Below, one piece after another: positions 33,163-42,344 of a DNA stretch of 64,000 nucleotides; within the stretch, counting starts at the first letter, position 1, and every line of letters starts with the position of its first letter. Below the pieces are notes generated by a model. That model saw only the letters and a list, made by a program, of their open reading frames with translations. It was not told the DNA's origin and did not search any database. The position numbers and the translations under genes were made by a program. This DNA comes from a virus. The stretch spans positions 1 through 64,000 of IMG/VR virus record IMGVR_UViG_3300037200_000158. One strand, 5' to 3'.

Positions 33163-34617
33163 ATGAAACGCTATCTTCTCAATCTCGCCTCCGTTCTCGC
33201 CATAGGCGCGCTGTCCTGCGCGGCCCAGACCGCCGTCTACCCGTCTTCGATATCTACGCTCGCCAATCTGAAGTACGCGGTGAACGGCGTTTCGACGCTG
33301 TTGACCGCGAACATCAACTCCAGCCAGACCACGTTCGGGATCTCTGCATGCGCCGGCATCGTAGCGAATGTGCTCATCACGATTGATTCCGAGATCATGC
33401 CGGTAACTGGCTGCAGCGGCACGGTGCTGGTGGTTGGCTCCCGCGGCTTCGACGGAACGACAGCGGCGGCTCACACGGCGCCCGACACAATCTACGCCTT
33501 CGTGGACGCGTGGAACATCAACTCCCCGAATGCGGAGATCATAGCCATCGAGACCGCTCTCGGCGCGAATCTTTCGAACGTGCTCGCAAACGGATCCAGT
33601 CCGTCGCTGGTTAATCTGACGCTCAGCGGCACGCTCGCGGTAACCAGCGGCACGCTTAGCGGAACCCACCTGCAGAACGTCGGCAGCGGCGATAGTCCGA
33701 CGTTCACGGGCCTGACGCTCAGCGGTATACCGACGCTCCCGACGCAGACCGCGAACTACTTCTTTGCCGGGCCAGCCTCGGGTTCTGCCGCTGCTCCGGC
33801 ATTCCGCGCTATAGTGGCGGCCGATATTCCGGTACCGCTCGCGCTGAGCGGCTCGGTAGCGTCCGCGCTCGTCTCGCTTACGCAATCGAACGCCTCGAAT
33901 TACGCCTTGACGCTTTCGGCGGTAGGACCCGGCCTCGGCATCACAACGTCCGGCAATGGTACAGCGCTCTCGGTCTCTATGGGCGGCTCAACAGGGCATG
34001 CTCTGAGTTTGGCGCAGACAAGTTCCGCCGGTACGGCCACTGCGATCATTGGCAACAACGGCAGCGACAATGCTCTGACGGTAACCGGCAACACGACGGT
34101 AACTGGCAACTTCACCGTAACTGGCACTTGCACCGGATGCAGTTCCGTCAGCACCGAGACGGCAAACTACGTCTATGCGGGACCAGTCTCCGGCGGCGCT
34201 TCCGATCCGACCTTCCGTGCGCTGGTCTCAGCAGACCTCCCAGCACCCTTCAGCATCACGCAGTCATCCTCGACAGCAACGGCCACAATCGCAAACGGAT
34301 CCATCTCCGGCTATGCCGCGATCTTCAACGGTGTCGGGCCGACGGTAGATATCGCGAGCTCGGGGAACGGCACTGTCCTCAACGTGACAATGGGCGGGAG
34401 CACTGGCCACGCTTTGAACGTTAGTCAGACGAGTTCGGCTGGAACAGCTACGGCTATTATCGGGAACGGCGGATCGGACAACGCCCTGCGTGTCGCGGGC
34501 ACCAGCACCTTCACCGGCAATATCGTCTTCGACGGCACGCTGACCAGCGGTTCGAGCGTAGGCGTTACCTCGACGACCTGCACCGTCTGGACGAACGGTC
34601 TCTGCACGCACAACTAA
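33163..34617 (+). CDS. tail fibre protein
   Basis: 484 aa, Gly/Thr/Ser/Ala-rich. Repeated ANY(F/V)(F/Y)AGP.SG....P.FRA(I/L)V.AD(I/L)P motif and SPTFTGLTLSG. Signal-like N terminus. Confidence 0.65.
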   Translation: MKRYLLNLASVLAIGALSCAAQTAVYPSSISTLANLKYAVNGVSTLLTANINSSQTTFGISACAGIVANVLITIDSEIMPVTGCSGTVLVVGSRGFDGTTAAAHTAPDTIYAFVDAWNINSPNAEIIAIETALGANLSNVLANGSSPSLVNLTLSGTLAVTSGTLSGTHLQNVGSGDSPTFTGLTLSGIPTLPTQTANYFFAGPASGSAAAPAFRAIVAADIPVPLALSGSVASALVSLTQSNASNYALTLSAVGPGLGITTSGNGTALSVSMGGSTGHALSLAQTSSAGTATAIIGNNGSDNALTVTGNTTVTGNFTVTGTCTGCSSVSTETANYVYAGPVSGGASDPTFRALVSADLPAPFSITQSSSTATATIANGSISGYAAIFNGVGPTVDIASSGNGTVLNVTMGGSTGHALNVSQTSSAGTATAIIGNGGSDNALRVAGTSTFTGNIVFDGTLTSGSSVGVTSTTCTVWTNGLCTHN

Positions 34618-34621
34618 TCCT

Positions 34622-35500
34622 ATGGGTGCTCTCGGCGCGCAATTCAATCAGGCACAATTCGGACAGGCTCAACCGGGCTACGGGCCTGCTCTGCCCGGCG
34701 CGCTGTTCGCGGCAAACCTCGCCTATACGGCGTACCGGATCGCGGGCATTTTGCCGGAGCCTGGGCGCGGGTATAGTCAGTCCGAAGGCTGGGATGCGCT
34801 CAATGTTCTGAATTCGATTCTGAACAGCTTCCAGGCGGAACGCTTACTCGTTTATGCGTTTCTGCGCAGCGTCTTTGAGATCACGCCGAACCAGCAGGAA
34901 TACAAGATCGGGAACACGCCGATAATCGTCAATGGCGTCGCAACGATGCCGGACTGGACAGGCATTCCGAGGCCGGAAACCCTTCAACTCGCTGGATATA
35001 TCTTCTCGAATTCTTACCCCAACGTTGAAAATCCCATGCGGATTCTCAGCTATCAGGAATGGGCCGCGCTCTCTCCAAAAGATCTGACGAGCCCGATTGA
35101 GTACTACCTCTACTTTCAGCCCGATATCCCCAACGCCACGGCCTTTCTGTGGCCTGTCCCGACCGATCCTTCGGTTCTCGTGGCTCTCTACACCTGGCAG
35201 AACATCCAGACCGTTCCGTCGCTCGGTACCGCCATGATCCTGCCTCCGGCCTACCAGGAACTGCTGGAATACGGACTAGCGATCAGACTAGCCGGAATGT
35301 TCCCGCGCCGTTCGAAACTCGATCCGAACGCCGGGGCGACGTACTACACCGCGAAGACGAAGGTTATGGCCGCGAACACCGACATGCTGGCGCTAAAAGC
35401 CCAGTGTGAGTTGGGAAGCGGCGGTGCCCGGCAGGCCAAGGGGATCTTCAATATCATTTCTGGGACCTATGTTGGCGGTATCGGCGGCACGATGCCCTGA
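34622..35500 (+). CDS. virion structural protein, paralog 2
   Basis: 292-aa track ORF. See 32105..32836. Confidence 0.6.
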   Translation: MGALGAQFNQAQFGQAQPGYGPALPGALFAANLAYTAYRIAGILPEPGRGYSQSEGWDALNVLNSILNSFQAERLLVYAFLRSVFEITPNQQEYKIGNTPIIVNGVATMPDWTGIPRPETLQLAGYIFSNSYPNVENPMRILSYQEWAALSPKDLTSPIEYYLYFQPDIPNATAFLWPVPTDPSVLVALYTWQNIQTVPSLGTAMILPPAYQELLEYGLAIRLAGMFPRRSKLDPNAGATYYTAKTKVMAANTDMLALKAQCELGSGGARQAKGIFNIISGTYVGGIGGTMP

Positions 35501-36247
35501 TGGTGGCGTAAGCGGGGCAATCTCAACCCTACGCCAACTTCTACCGAGAACAATGCTTGATATCGTTCCCTGGTCGATCCCCAAGGAGCGACCGACTGCT
35601 ACCTGTCTCTCTCCAGCGGAGACCCGGCGCTTGACTTCGGCAGCAATCGCATCGTTCAATTTTGCGTTCCAATGCTGCTCTCCGAACTGGGTTCTATCCT
35701 TTTCCATCGCGTCGCGCATGTTGTCTGTATGGCTGCCAGCGAATAGGTGGACGGGGCGAACGCAAATCCTTGTATCGCAACGATGGCAGACGAACAGCCC
35801 CTCGGGGACGGGCCCTTTCGCAATTTCGTAGGATTTTCGGTGAGCATAAACCAATCCGTCACCTTCGTTGACAAATCCGTATCCAGCCTTTCCTGGAGGG
35901 TACGGGAAAATCAGGCAGGGGTATTTCGACCATAGTTGAGACAGGTCGTCCGTCAGCGTTGCCAGTGTTGATTGGAGCCAATACATTCGATTCATCCTCG
36001 GACGGATATGAATCGGCCTAAAGCAGAGCGGCCTTCGGCAGTGCGAAGACAGGTCATGATGCGCCGGGATCTCCCCGAAAACATGGCGGAATGCGGTGAT
36101 TCTGAAGTGCTGCTTGAAGCCGACATACCGCGCGTTTGGGTGCGGCCACTCCAAGCACGGGTAGTCGCTCCACGGGCGCGAAAGATCGTCGTCCAGCGCG
36201 GTCACTTGCTGAATCAGCCACTGAAGTCTGGTAATCTTGTTCTGCAT
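35393..36247 (-). CDS. free-standing HNH (HNH_3-type) homing endonuclease with HTH
   Basis: ATG 36247 with GGAAAGGA upstream. GYGFVNEGDGLVYAHRKSYEIAKGPVPEGLFVCHRCDTRICVRPVHLFAGSHTDNMRD, plus a degenerate first copy and the HTH GRSLGIDQGTISSIV. Its 3' end overlaps 34622..35500. Confidence 0.8.
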   Translation of the reverse strand: MQNKITRLQWLIQQVTALDDDLSRPWSDYPCLEWPHPNARYVGFKQHFRITAFRHVFGEIPAHHDLSSHCRRPLCFRPIHIRPRMNRMYWLQSTLATLTDDLSQLWSKYPCLIFPYPPGKAGYGFVNEGDGLVYAHRKSYEIAKGPVPEGLFVCHRCDTRICVRPVHLFAGSHTDNMRDAMEKDRTQFGEQHWNAKLNDAIAAEVKRRVSAGERQVAVGRSLGIDQGTISSIVLGRSWRRVEIAPLTPPSGHRAADTANIGPRNDIEDPLGLPGTAASQLTLGF

Positions 36248-36324
36248 CTGGTGTCCTTTCCACCTCTTGCGGAGCCTCACGTTTAGCCGTTAGAGCGGCT
36301 GTGAGGCTCTTTCTATTTTAACCC

Positions 36325-36828
36325 ATGCCCAACTTCTACACCACGGTTATTCAGGCCGATCCACGCTTCACATCAACCGCCGACTGCCGAGACATCGCGC
36401 TTCTCGAACCAAACTTCCGCGCAGCCGTCCAGTCCGTCATCGCCGATGCCGCCGCGCAGGGCATCACGCTTCAGGTCACCGAAACTTTCCGCAGTGCAGC
36501 GCGCCAGCAGATGCTATTCGCGCAGGGCGCAACACAACTCGACGGCCAGACGCCCGCGACTATCGGCGTCCACCACTTCGGTCTGGCGGTCGATCTTGTC
36601 CGCGTGCAGAACGGTAAAGCAGATTGGGCCACGGCGGATTATACCTTCCTCCAAGCACTCGCGGAAAAGTACGGCTTGACGTGGGGTGGTGACTGGGGCA
36701 TCCCAGCCAAACTGCACCAGCCGGGTTTTCACGATTGGGACCACCTGCAGGGTTGCACGGTCGCACAGCAGGATGCGCTTTTCGCGGGCGACTGGTACCC
36801 GGATGATTCGCCCGCCGTCGCCACATGA
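36325..36828 (+). CDS. peptidase M15 (VanY/L-Ala-D-Glu endopeptidase-type) endolysin
   Basis: ETFRSAARQQMLF...IGVHHFGLAVDL...GLTWGGDWG...HDWDHLQ shows the zinc ligands H, D, H in the M15 arrangement. Confidence 0.85.
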   Translation: MPNFYTTVIQADPRFTSTADCRDIALLEPNFRAAVQSVIADAAAQGITLQVTETFRSAARQQMLFAQGATQLDGQTPATIGVHHFGLAVDLVRVQNGKADWATADYTFLQALAEKYGLTWGGDWGIPAKLHQPGFHDWDHLQGCTVAQQDALFAGDWYPDDSPAVAT

Positions 36829-37385
36829 CCCCCGCCGATCTCAACAACGTCGATCCGCCGCCGTGGCAAAGCCCCTTCGTCGATATCCGCCTCAAGGACG
36901 GTTCGCTCGTGCAGGGGGTCGTGTCGGAAGCCTGGCTCTGGTACTTCCTGCAACTACGCTCGGTTGTGCCGGACGGGCAGGGCACCGATACGCTGGCAGT
37001 CGCGCTCTCAGGACTCCCGAACCGCGTAGCAAGATCCGATTCCGAACTCGGCGCTGTCCTTGGCCTTATGCAATTGCTTCAGGGCGCGACTTCCCGGATT
37101 CTCCGTCTTGAATCGGAACTGGGCAGCGCGCTCGCACTCCTGCTTAGTGTGGCGACAAGGCGGCAGCCCGCGGTGTTGCCGGCGAACTCGATCTTTACCG
37201 CATCGTGGACGGCGCAGACGAACTTCGTCGCGATTCACAACCTCGGCACCACAGCAGTGCTTGTGCAGGTCTACGACGCGAACGGCATACTTCGAAACAT
37301 CCCCAGCATCGTGATAACGAATTCAAACGAAGTGACGCTCGGCTTTGGCGCGGCATTCACCGGATCGGTGGTGATCTTTGGGTAG
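36825..37385 (+). CDS. hypothetical tail-region protein
   Basis: 186-aa track ORF. ATGA overlap. Confidence 0.55.
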   Translation: MTPADLNNVDPPPWQSPFVDIRLKDGSLVQGVVSEAWLWYFLQLRSVVPDGQGTDTLAVALSGLPNRVARSDSELGAVLGLMQLLQGATSRILRLESELGSALALLLSVATRRQPAVLPANSIFTASWTAQTNFVAIHNLGTTAVLVQVYDANGILRNIPSIVITNSNEVTLGFGAAFTGSVVIFG

Positions 37386-37983
37386 AATCGCCCGCCGAGT
37401 CGGAATGCTCGCAGTCCTTTGCGCTCTGCTTCTCTTCGGTCAGGTTGTTCTGAACTACGAGGACTGGAACACGGCGTCGGCACCCGGCAGTGATCCAGCC
37501 AGCGGCTTTGTGCGCGTCTGGGCCGATACTTCCTCCGGCCTGTTCAAGTGCATCACCAGTTCCGGTGCGGCCTGTTATTTTGCCTCTTCGCCAAGCGCCG
37601 GATCTCAGCATGCGCTCGCATTTCCTATAGGGTCCCCGGGCAGCGGGACGGCCCTGACGACTTCCTCAGTCAGCGGCGCGCTTGTTGTTCCGTTCGGCTG
37701 CACGATTGGCTCCTACGGGAGTTGGTCGCTTGCTCTCGGAACTGGCGACTCCGGCACGCTGACGGTCAAGTACTGGAAGATCGCAACCGGCACGGCGATC
37801 CCGACCTCTGCCAACTCGATCAGTACGAGCGGCCTTTCGCTCTCCACCGGGACCCTGGTAGAATCCTCCACCTTTACCGACTTCACGACCACGACCGTCA
37901 CGGCGGGAGACGCGATTATTATGGCGGTGACAGCCATCAGCGGGACGATTGACAGCGTTACAGGGATATTGCCGTGCCAGTGA
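37378..37983 (+). CDS. secreted/tail-region protein
   Basis: 201-aa track ORF (TTG start; alternative ATG 37405). MLAVLCALLLFGQV. Confidence 0.55.
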   Translation: MGRIARRVGMLAVLCALLLFGQVVLNYEDWNTASAPGSDPASGFVRVWADTSSGLFKCITSSGAACYFASSPSAGSQHALAFPIGSPGSGTALTTSSVSGALVVPFGCTIGSYGSWSLALGTGDSGTLTVKYWKIATGTAIPTSANSISTSGLSLSTGTLVESSTFTDFTTTTVTAGDAIIMAVTAISGTIDSVTGILPCQ

Positions 37984-38918
37984 TCGCTCGCGCGTTACTG
38001 TTCGCTTCCCTCGCTCCTATCCTAGTCGCACAGTCGATTTACATTCGTACGAGTCCGGACATCATCTACGGGTACGCGTTGCCGTACGGAACGCTTCCGG
38101 TTGCAGCAACCTCGACCTGGACCAATTCCAGTCTGGTGAGCGGGAACTTTGGCGTAGCGGAGGACTCGTCGGGCAATGCTTATGCGATAGGAACCACAAC
38201 CTCAACGGGAGACACAATCCTCAAGTTCGCCGCCGGCACTGGAACGGGTACGGGCAGTCCCACATCCTTTGCGGTGCTCAGCAGCGGAACGTCCTTTACC
38301 GGACCCATGGCGATAGATTCCTCCGGGAATGTTTACGCCGCAGTGGATGTGGCCGGAACTGGCGACTTCATTTACGCTTACACTTCGAGCGGCGGCGGAC
38401 CGACTACGATACCCGGCTCGGGAAGTCTGGTGCCGGGTGCGTTGGCGGTGGACGGATCTGGCAATCTATGGGAGGGGGAGGTCGGCAGTCCCTACCACAT
38501 CAACAAAATCATCCCATCGAGCGGCGCTGTCACCTTGTTCGCCAGCCTCGGCGGCTCCCACAGCCCGAAGGGTATAACATTCGATAACTCCGGCAATCTG
38601 TACATATCGGCGGTTTCGTTCAGCAGCACGCTGATCTACAAACTGGCGGCTTGCGGCGGGGCGATCAGCACCTTCTCCACAATTTCCACGAATGTCCTCG
38701 GCTGGGTTGCCTTTGATCCGGTTGCCAGTAATGTGTACTACTCAGGGCAAGGAGCCTCCAGCGCCGTTAATCATTCCTACATTTACAACCTGGGTGGAAC
38801 GCAGAGTACATTCGCCTCAACGGTTTCCACCGGCGTCTTCGATCAGGTCGCAGGTCCGGTTCCAACCGGAACACCCGCCTGCCATGCGGTGGTGGGCCAC
38901 GGTCCTTTCATCTTCTGA
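37974..38918 (+). CDS. beta-propeller (NHL-like repeat) protein
   Basis: 314 aa. Recurrent SSGN(A/V)Y.., GSGNLW, NSGNLYIS blades. Signal-like MPVIARALLFASLAPILVAQS. Confidence 0.6.
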   Translation: MPVIARALLFASLAPILVAQSIYIRTSPDIIYGYALPYGTLPVAATSTWTNSSLVSGNFGVAEDSSGNAYAIGTTTSTGDTILKFAAGTGTGTGSPTSFAVLSSGTSFTGPMAIDSSGNVYAAVDVAGTGDFIYAYTSSGGGPTTIPGSGSLVPGALAVDGSGNLWEGEVGSPYHINKIIPSSGAVTLFASLGGSHSPKGITFDNSGNLYISAVSFSSTLIYKLAACGGAISTFSTISTNVLGWVAFDPVASNVYYSGQGASSAVNHSYIYNLGGTQSTFASTVSTGVFDQVAGPVPTGTPACHAVVGHGPFIF

Positions 38919-38919
38919 C

Positions 38920-40134
38920 ATGCTTAAAACCAGTCTTCTAGCCGCGCTTCTGGCGCTTCCGCTCGGCGCACAAACCGCCAACACGGCAAACGCAATGCCG
39001 AACCCGCTGTTCGTCGGTCTCGATCAGAACGGGAATGTGGTTAGCCTCGGTAAGCTCTGCCAATACCAGGCCGGGACTACGGCTCTTGCCACGACATACT
39101 CGAACGCGCAAGGCACGGTCGCCAACTCGAACCCGCTGTTCCTGAACGGTGGAGGCCAGGCGATCATTTACGGCAGCGGCAACTACAAGTTCGTGTTGCA
39201 GGCGGCTGGCGGTGACTCGAACTGCCCCGGCACCGGCGCTGTTATCTGGACGTTCGATAACTATCAGGCTCCGCCCTCGCAAACGCCGACGTTCTCCACG
39301 GTTACGGCGACTACCTTCAACTCCACGGCCACAGGCAGCACAGCGGCCTTCCAGCAGTACCAGGGCGCGTTCTACATCGACGGCAACGGTGACGCGGGCT
39401 TCCAACTCATGACGGCGAATACCATCACGCTGTCGGGCACCGGCGTAACGAACGTCATTGGCGACACGGGCGGGAACTTCTCGATCACTGGCGCCGGAAA
39501 CGCGACCTTTCTTTCGGCGACCGGCAACACGCTCGGATTGAGCGGACTCGCCTCCGCACCATCCACAGTTGCGGCCGGCACGGCGGTCCTCTACTACGAC
39601 ACGACGCTCGGGCAGCTGCTCTACAATATCGCCGGAAACGGCTGGGTGCCTTTCTCGGTACCGGGCGCAAGCAGTCAGGTCATCTACAACCAGAGCGGCG
39701 GCTTCGCGGCAAGCCCGAACATGATCTTCGACGGCTCTAACCTTACGCTGGGCGGCGGTGTAGGAACCGGCGTTGTCGCGTCGACGTTCAACTCGCTGAA
39801 CACCGGGACGAACAATGCGTTCCAGACGAACAGCGGAGACTTCTACGTACAGGGGAATGGGAACCTTGCGGCGCAGCAGGTCACTGTGGGGCCTGCGGGC
39901 TTCGGGATCGGGACGAACTCGAACACGGATACATCGGGCACTATCACGCTGAGCGGCGGAACCTACACGCTGGGGTGGCCATCAGGGCACGTCTATACGA
40001 CAGCGCCGCGGTGCTTCACGAACGACGTGACGGGGCTGCACGCGTCTATCGCCGGAGCGACGAGTACGAACATCGTTTTCCTCGGCAATGGATCAGACAT
40101 GATCCAATATCTCTGCGTGTTCGCCACTTACTGA
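38920..40134 (+). CDS. tail fibre/spike-like protein
   Basis: Track ORF 38692..40134 trimmed to MLKTSLLAALLALPLGAQTA. LCQYQAGTTALATTYSNAQGTVANSNPLFLNGGGQAIIYGSGNYKFVL resembles fibre N-terminal domains. Confidence 0.6.
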   Translation: MLKTSLLAALLALPLGAQTANTANAMPNPLFVGLDQNGNVVSLGKLCQYQAGTTALATTYSNAQGTVANSNPLFLNGGGQAIIYGSGNYKFVLQAAGGDSNCPGTGAVIWTFDNYQAPPSQTPTFSTVTATTFNSTATGSTAAFQQYQGAFYIDGNGDAGFQLMTANTITLSGTGVTNVIGDTGGNFSITGAGNATFLSATGNTLGLSGLASAPSTVAAGTAVLYYDTTLGQLLYNIAGNGWVPFSVPGASSQVIYNQSGGFAASPNMIFDGSNLTLGGGVGTGVVASTFNSLNTGTNNAFQTNSGDFYVQGNGNLAAQQVTVGPAGFGIGTNSNTDTSGTITLSGGTYTLGWPSGHVYTTAPRCFTNDVTGLHASIAGATSTNIVFLGNGSDMIQYLCVFATY

Positions 40135-40139
40135 CATCC

Positions 40140-40148
40140 CGTATTACA
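40140..40148. promoter_or_regulatory. CGTATTACA (8/9 palindrome family)
   Basis: 12 nt before ATG 40160. Confidence 0.45.
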
Positions 40149-40159
40149 CTCAGGAATAT

Positions 40160-40519
40160 ATGAGAACACTACTTCTCGCAACGCTTCTCGCGGTCTCGGC
40201 GCTCGCTTCGCCGCCGCACACTCAAATCTGGCCCTCTGGCCCATGGCCGCTCTGCGAAGCTGTCCCTGAACTTCCGATGTGCGCTGACTTCGCGCCCGGC
40301 AACGAGCAATACATGCTCGGCCTCGAAGGGACCGAACCGACGGTCGTCGGATATCAGTGGACGGCGACTGCCACTATGAAGGACGGCACGACGAAAGTGC
40401 TCTCCGGCCTCGCGCAGCGGGCGGATAACGCCAATGGCTGGACATGGCTGACGGTCGGCTTCGGCGGCGTGCCGGCAGCGATCGCGCTCAGCGTGCAGAA
40501 CGTGGGGGTGATCGAATAA
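40160..40519 (+). CDS. secreted small protein
   Basis: 119-aa track ORF. MRTLLLATLLAVSALASP. Confidence 0.6.
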   Translation: MRTLLLATLLAVSALASPPHTQIWPSGPWPLCEAVPELPMCADFAPGNEQYMLGLEGTEPTVVGYQWTATATMKDGTTKVLSGLAQRADNANGWTWLTVGFGGVPAAIALSVQNVGVIE

Positions 40520-40873
40520 ATGGTGAGATCACTCATGCGTCTTGCGGCGGTCGCGTCCCTCGTATTGGCGAACGCGGCACAGGAACTTCCCAAGCCGGAG
40601 AAACCGCCGGAACTCAGTAAGGACCAGAAACTTCTGATCCGCGATGCCCAACTCAGCTACGTGCAGACGATGGCGGAGAAAACCGCCCTCGAATCGCGGC
40701 TGAAGGACATCAACGCCGCTGTCCCGGTCGCGCAGAAGCAACTCGAAGAGGTCATGAAGAACGCCTCGCCGCCGGGCTACACCGCGCAGCCTGACCTGAC
40801 GCTAAAGAAGAACCCGGAACCGCCGCCAGCACCGAAGGCTGAAGCACCGGCAGCACCCGCCCCCGCCAAATGA
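40520..40873 (+). CDS. secreted small protein, Pro/Ala-rich tail
   Basis: 117-aa track ORF. MVRSLMRLAAVASLVLANAAQ. Confidence 0.6.
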   Translation: MVRSLMRLAAVASLVLANAAQELPKPEKPPELSKDQKLLIRDAQLSYVQTMAEKTALESRLKDINAAVPVAQKQLEEVMKNASPPGYTAQPDLTLKKNPEPPPAPKAEAPAAPAPAK

Positions 40874-41223
40874 ACATCTCCCTCCAGACCCTGCTTGAAC
40901 CGTCGTACGTGCCAGCTGCCAACGCGGCGATCTTCACGAATACCACGGGGCAGTCTGTATTGCTGCAAAAGGTCACGTTCACGAACAACTCGAATGCTGC
41001 CGTCACGCTCTCGCTGAACTGGGTTCCTTCCGGCGGAGCGGCAGGCGCGGCGAACCTGATCGTCAACGCTACTTCGGTTTCCCCGAAGGGCCCGACGAAC
41101 GACGGGATCTACGAGTGCATCGGGCTGGAGGGGCATATTCTTGCGCCGGGAGATTCGCTTTGGGCGGTCGCAGGCACGGCGGATACGCTTGTTGCGGCGA
41201 TCTCAGGGTCGCTTATCAGTTAG
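40870..41223 (+). CDS. hypothetical protein
   Basis: 117-aa track ORF. ATGA overlap. Confidence 0.55.
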   Translation: MNISLQTLLEPSYVPAANAAIFTNTTGQSVLLQKVTFTNNSNAAVTLSLNWVPSGGAAGAANLIVNATSVSPKGPTNDGIYECIGLEGHILAPGDSLWAVAGTADTLVAAISGSLIS

Positions 41224-41874
41224 GCGTCGAAAATCGATCACCCAGACCCAAGGATTTTCTGCCCACGAGCTTGTGCCGTTGATCTGGTTCCACAGGCATT
41301 CGTAGCACTGCTTGGCCGTGTCGAACCCACCGCCTTCTATCTTATCCGGACTACCCCAGTAATAGACCGAACCAGCGGGTAATCCATATTGAGCTTCGTA
41401 CGTCTTTCCGAAGATTCCTTCCGATATTGCGTCCGTTTCATTGATATCCTGCAATCGCTCCACGCGCACGCCGGTTACCTCAAGATTGATGCGGCTGGCC
41501 CAGCGGGGCATGTGGATGGAGGTACGCCATGCTCCGTCGTAATCATCGTTGCGGCCAAGGTATCCAGCCCGATACTGAACCGCAAATGACCACGGATTCG
41601 CGACGTGGTAATATCCCCTGGAAAGGGACCCCGTAATCGCCTCGTACGATCCGTGAACCGCAGCCGCCCACGTTTCGCGCACCCATAGCCGATCACCAGG
41701 CGCTCCGTAGGGGCAGCAATCCCGCGCAAACTGCGTTTTGTTCCGCCAAAGATCGCATTTCGAGTCTCGCCACGAAGCGTCATTCGGCGTAGTGATCGAA
41801 GGTTGCGGCTTCACGATGCGCCGCGTCTGAGTCTTGCGCCCGTCCAGAATCGCGCGGACCATCGGGCCGCTCAT
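41203..41874 (-). CDS. ASCH/PUA-like domain protein (long form)
   Basis: Track ORF trimmed to MSGPMVRAILDGRKTQTRR...GAPGDRLWVRETW...SIHMPRWASRINLEVTGVRVERLQDI. Confidence 0.6.
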   Translation of the reverse strand: MSGPMVRAILDGRKTQTRRIVKPQPSITTPNDASWRDSKCDLWRNKTQFARDCCPYGAPGDRLWVRETWAAAVHGSYEAITGSLSRGYYHVANPWSFAVQYRAGYLGRNDDYDGAWRTSIHMPRWASRINLEVTGVRVERLQDINETDAISEGIFGKTYEAQYGLPAGSVYYWGSPDKIEGGGFDTAKQCYECLWNQINGTSSWAENPWVWVIDFRRLTDKRP

Positions 41875-41891
41875 TAAAATCGGTCGCTCTT

Positions 41892-42317
41892 TCACTTCAG
41901 CCCATCTGGCAACGGCATATTGACTTCGAACAGACCCTGTGCGCCCTTGAACGGAATCGGCTCCGGGAAGTAGATGACAGTGCCGCTCCGCTGCCACGCA
42001 TAGCGCGTAGGATGCCAGTCTCCCCATCGCCGCTCCGTTTCAGATGGCTCCGGCATGCGGCTCATTTGCGAACAGCCGATCACGTCAACAATCCCGATCA
42101 GTGCGCCGAACGGGAGCGCATTGAGAAGCCCGGCGTGATTGAGATCCTGCACGAGTTCCTCGTTCATCAAAGCTGCGCGCACGTCGCCGTCCCTCTTCTT
42201 CGCGGCGTGAATGAGTAGGGGTCCCCGATGGGCGGTATACCAACTTCTGGTCTCGAACTCCTTTAACGTCGTCATCCACGCACTCGCCCACGGCTGCCAC
42301 AGCGATATCGCTTTCAT
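41892..42317 (-). CDS. ASCH domain protein
   Basis: Track ORF trimmed to MKAISLWQPWASAWMTTLKEFETRSW.... ATG lies 10 nt from the palindrome. Confidence 0.65.
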   Translation of the reverse strand: MKAISLWQPWASAWMTTLKEFETRSWYTAHRGPLLIHAAKKRDGDVRAALMNEELVQDLNHAGLLNALPFGALIGIVDVIGCSQMSRMPEPSETERRWGDWHPTRYAWQRSGTVIYFPEPIPFKGAQGLFEVNMPLPDGLK

Positions 42318-42326
42318 ACAAAGGAT

Positions 42327-42335
42327 TGTAATACA
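42327..42335. promoter_or_regulatory. TGTAATACA palindrome between divergent starts
   Basis: Perfect 9-mer centred in a 27-nt spacer, 10 nt from ATG 42345 (+) and 10 nt from ATG 42317 (-). Confidence 0.6.
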
Positions 42336-42344
42336 AAACCACCT

